Below are positions 63,301 to 64,000 of a DNA stretch of 64,000 nucleotides, in pieces. A program made the position numbers and the translations under genes. Within the stretch, counting starts at the first letter, position 1, and every line of letters begins with the position of its first letter. The DNA lies in contig MU053934.1 in assembly GCA_013239625.1 (NCBI GenBank), positions 6,900,399-6,964,398 of the forward strand, read 5' to 3'. Under the pieces are notes generated by a model. That model searched no databases. It was not told the DNA's origin and worked only from the letters and a program-made list of their open reading frames with translations. This DNA is from Lama guanicoe. Its lineage: Eukaryota.

Positions 63301-64000
63301 AGCTATTAGGGAAATGTACATCAAAACCCCACCCAGTGTGTTTTATTAGTCTCTGCATCTCCACTTCCAGCACAGGGCCCTGGCCCACAGTGTACCCACT
63401 AAACAGAGAAAGAATAAATCAGTGGGCAGAAGGGCACAGCAGACAGAGTTTCTCTCTACAGGCTATCCCGAGATGAATAATATAAACCTGAATTCACTAA
63501 AATAGTTTACTCACGAGGAGCAGGGCTCACCCAGGTACCAACATTTAGACAACTTCAGGACTTTGAGGCACCCGTGTCCTAGTGGTAAGCAGGTCAACAA
63601 CTGGAAGGTGGAGGCTACAGCTCTTGGCTTTCCTGGCAAGGTCTCTTATGAGGACCATCCATGGAGAAGTGGTGTTTCTATGTTAGCTAAACTAAGTGCT
63701 AAGGCTGGGTGAAAACCCAGGGCCCTGTCAAACAGGGAAGCTTAGCACCACCTGGAGACTACATCCCTGCCTGTTCTTGGTACACAGGAGGCCCCGGAGG
63801 GTTTAACGCACTGAGACGTCCACCACCCATCTCAGAGGAAGGCCTTCTCTGAGCAGTGAGGAGCAGGGAGGTGAGGTGGCTTCTTTCTCCCTGACTTACC
63901 GTCCAGACACCGGTTGTTATACTTCTTATATGCGGTGATGGCATCGTCCTTCTTCACAAAGACCACCTCTGCTACCCCAGGATGGACCAGCCGAGCCCGC
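60356..64000 (-). CDS. POLDIP3: Polymerase delta-interacting protein 3 (SKAR), last three coding exons (5' part outside the window)
   Basis: Exons 63900->64000 (RARLVHPGVAEVVFVKKDDAITAYKKYNNRCLDG, RRM), 61540-61606 (QPMKCNLHMNGNVITSDQPIL) and 60356-60533 (RLSDSPS...TEFKIKL*). GT-AG with consistent phases. Confidence 0.96.
61977..62111 (+). mobile_element. Vic-1-type SINE
   Basis: GGGGGAGGGTACAGCTCAAGTG...GGTCCTGGGTTCAATCCC plus AT-rich tail. Confidence 0.75.
62140..63330 (+). mobile_element. L1 ORF2 (endonuclease region) fragments in a POLDIP3 intron
   Basis: AAATGGATTAAAT...AAAGCTGGAGTGGCTATACTAATA...ATAATGATAAAAGGGTCAATCCATCAGGAAG. Confidence 0.75.

Overview
Mammalian genomic DNA, most likely camelid (five tRNA-Ala-derived Vic-1-type SINEs; no Alu or Bov-tA seen). 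It is orthologous to human 22q13.2. The window holds a complete 12-exon SERHL2 (+, 309 aa), a complete 7-exon RRP7A (-, 280 aa) convergent with it and probably overlapping its 3' UTR, and the last three exons plus 3' UTR of POLDIP3 (-). About 1.1 kb upstream of SERHL2 is a 7.6-kb gamma-like (class I) provirus (15815-23404) with a tRNA-Thr primer site. It is heavily G-to-A hypermutated and internally deleted (MA fused to the C-terminal part of RT). It carries a 14-unit tandem array of the pol terminus, an env with a syncytin-1/RD114-type SDGGG motif, and two candidate accessory ORFs (a pre-gag extension and a 58-codon two-TM ORF before env). It sits in a cluster of solo LTRs. An unassigned CpG-island promoter lies at about 5.4-6.5 kb. 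The rest is old L1, L2, MIR, MaLR and DNA-transposon sequence. Repeat family names and boundaries are by eye and approximate.
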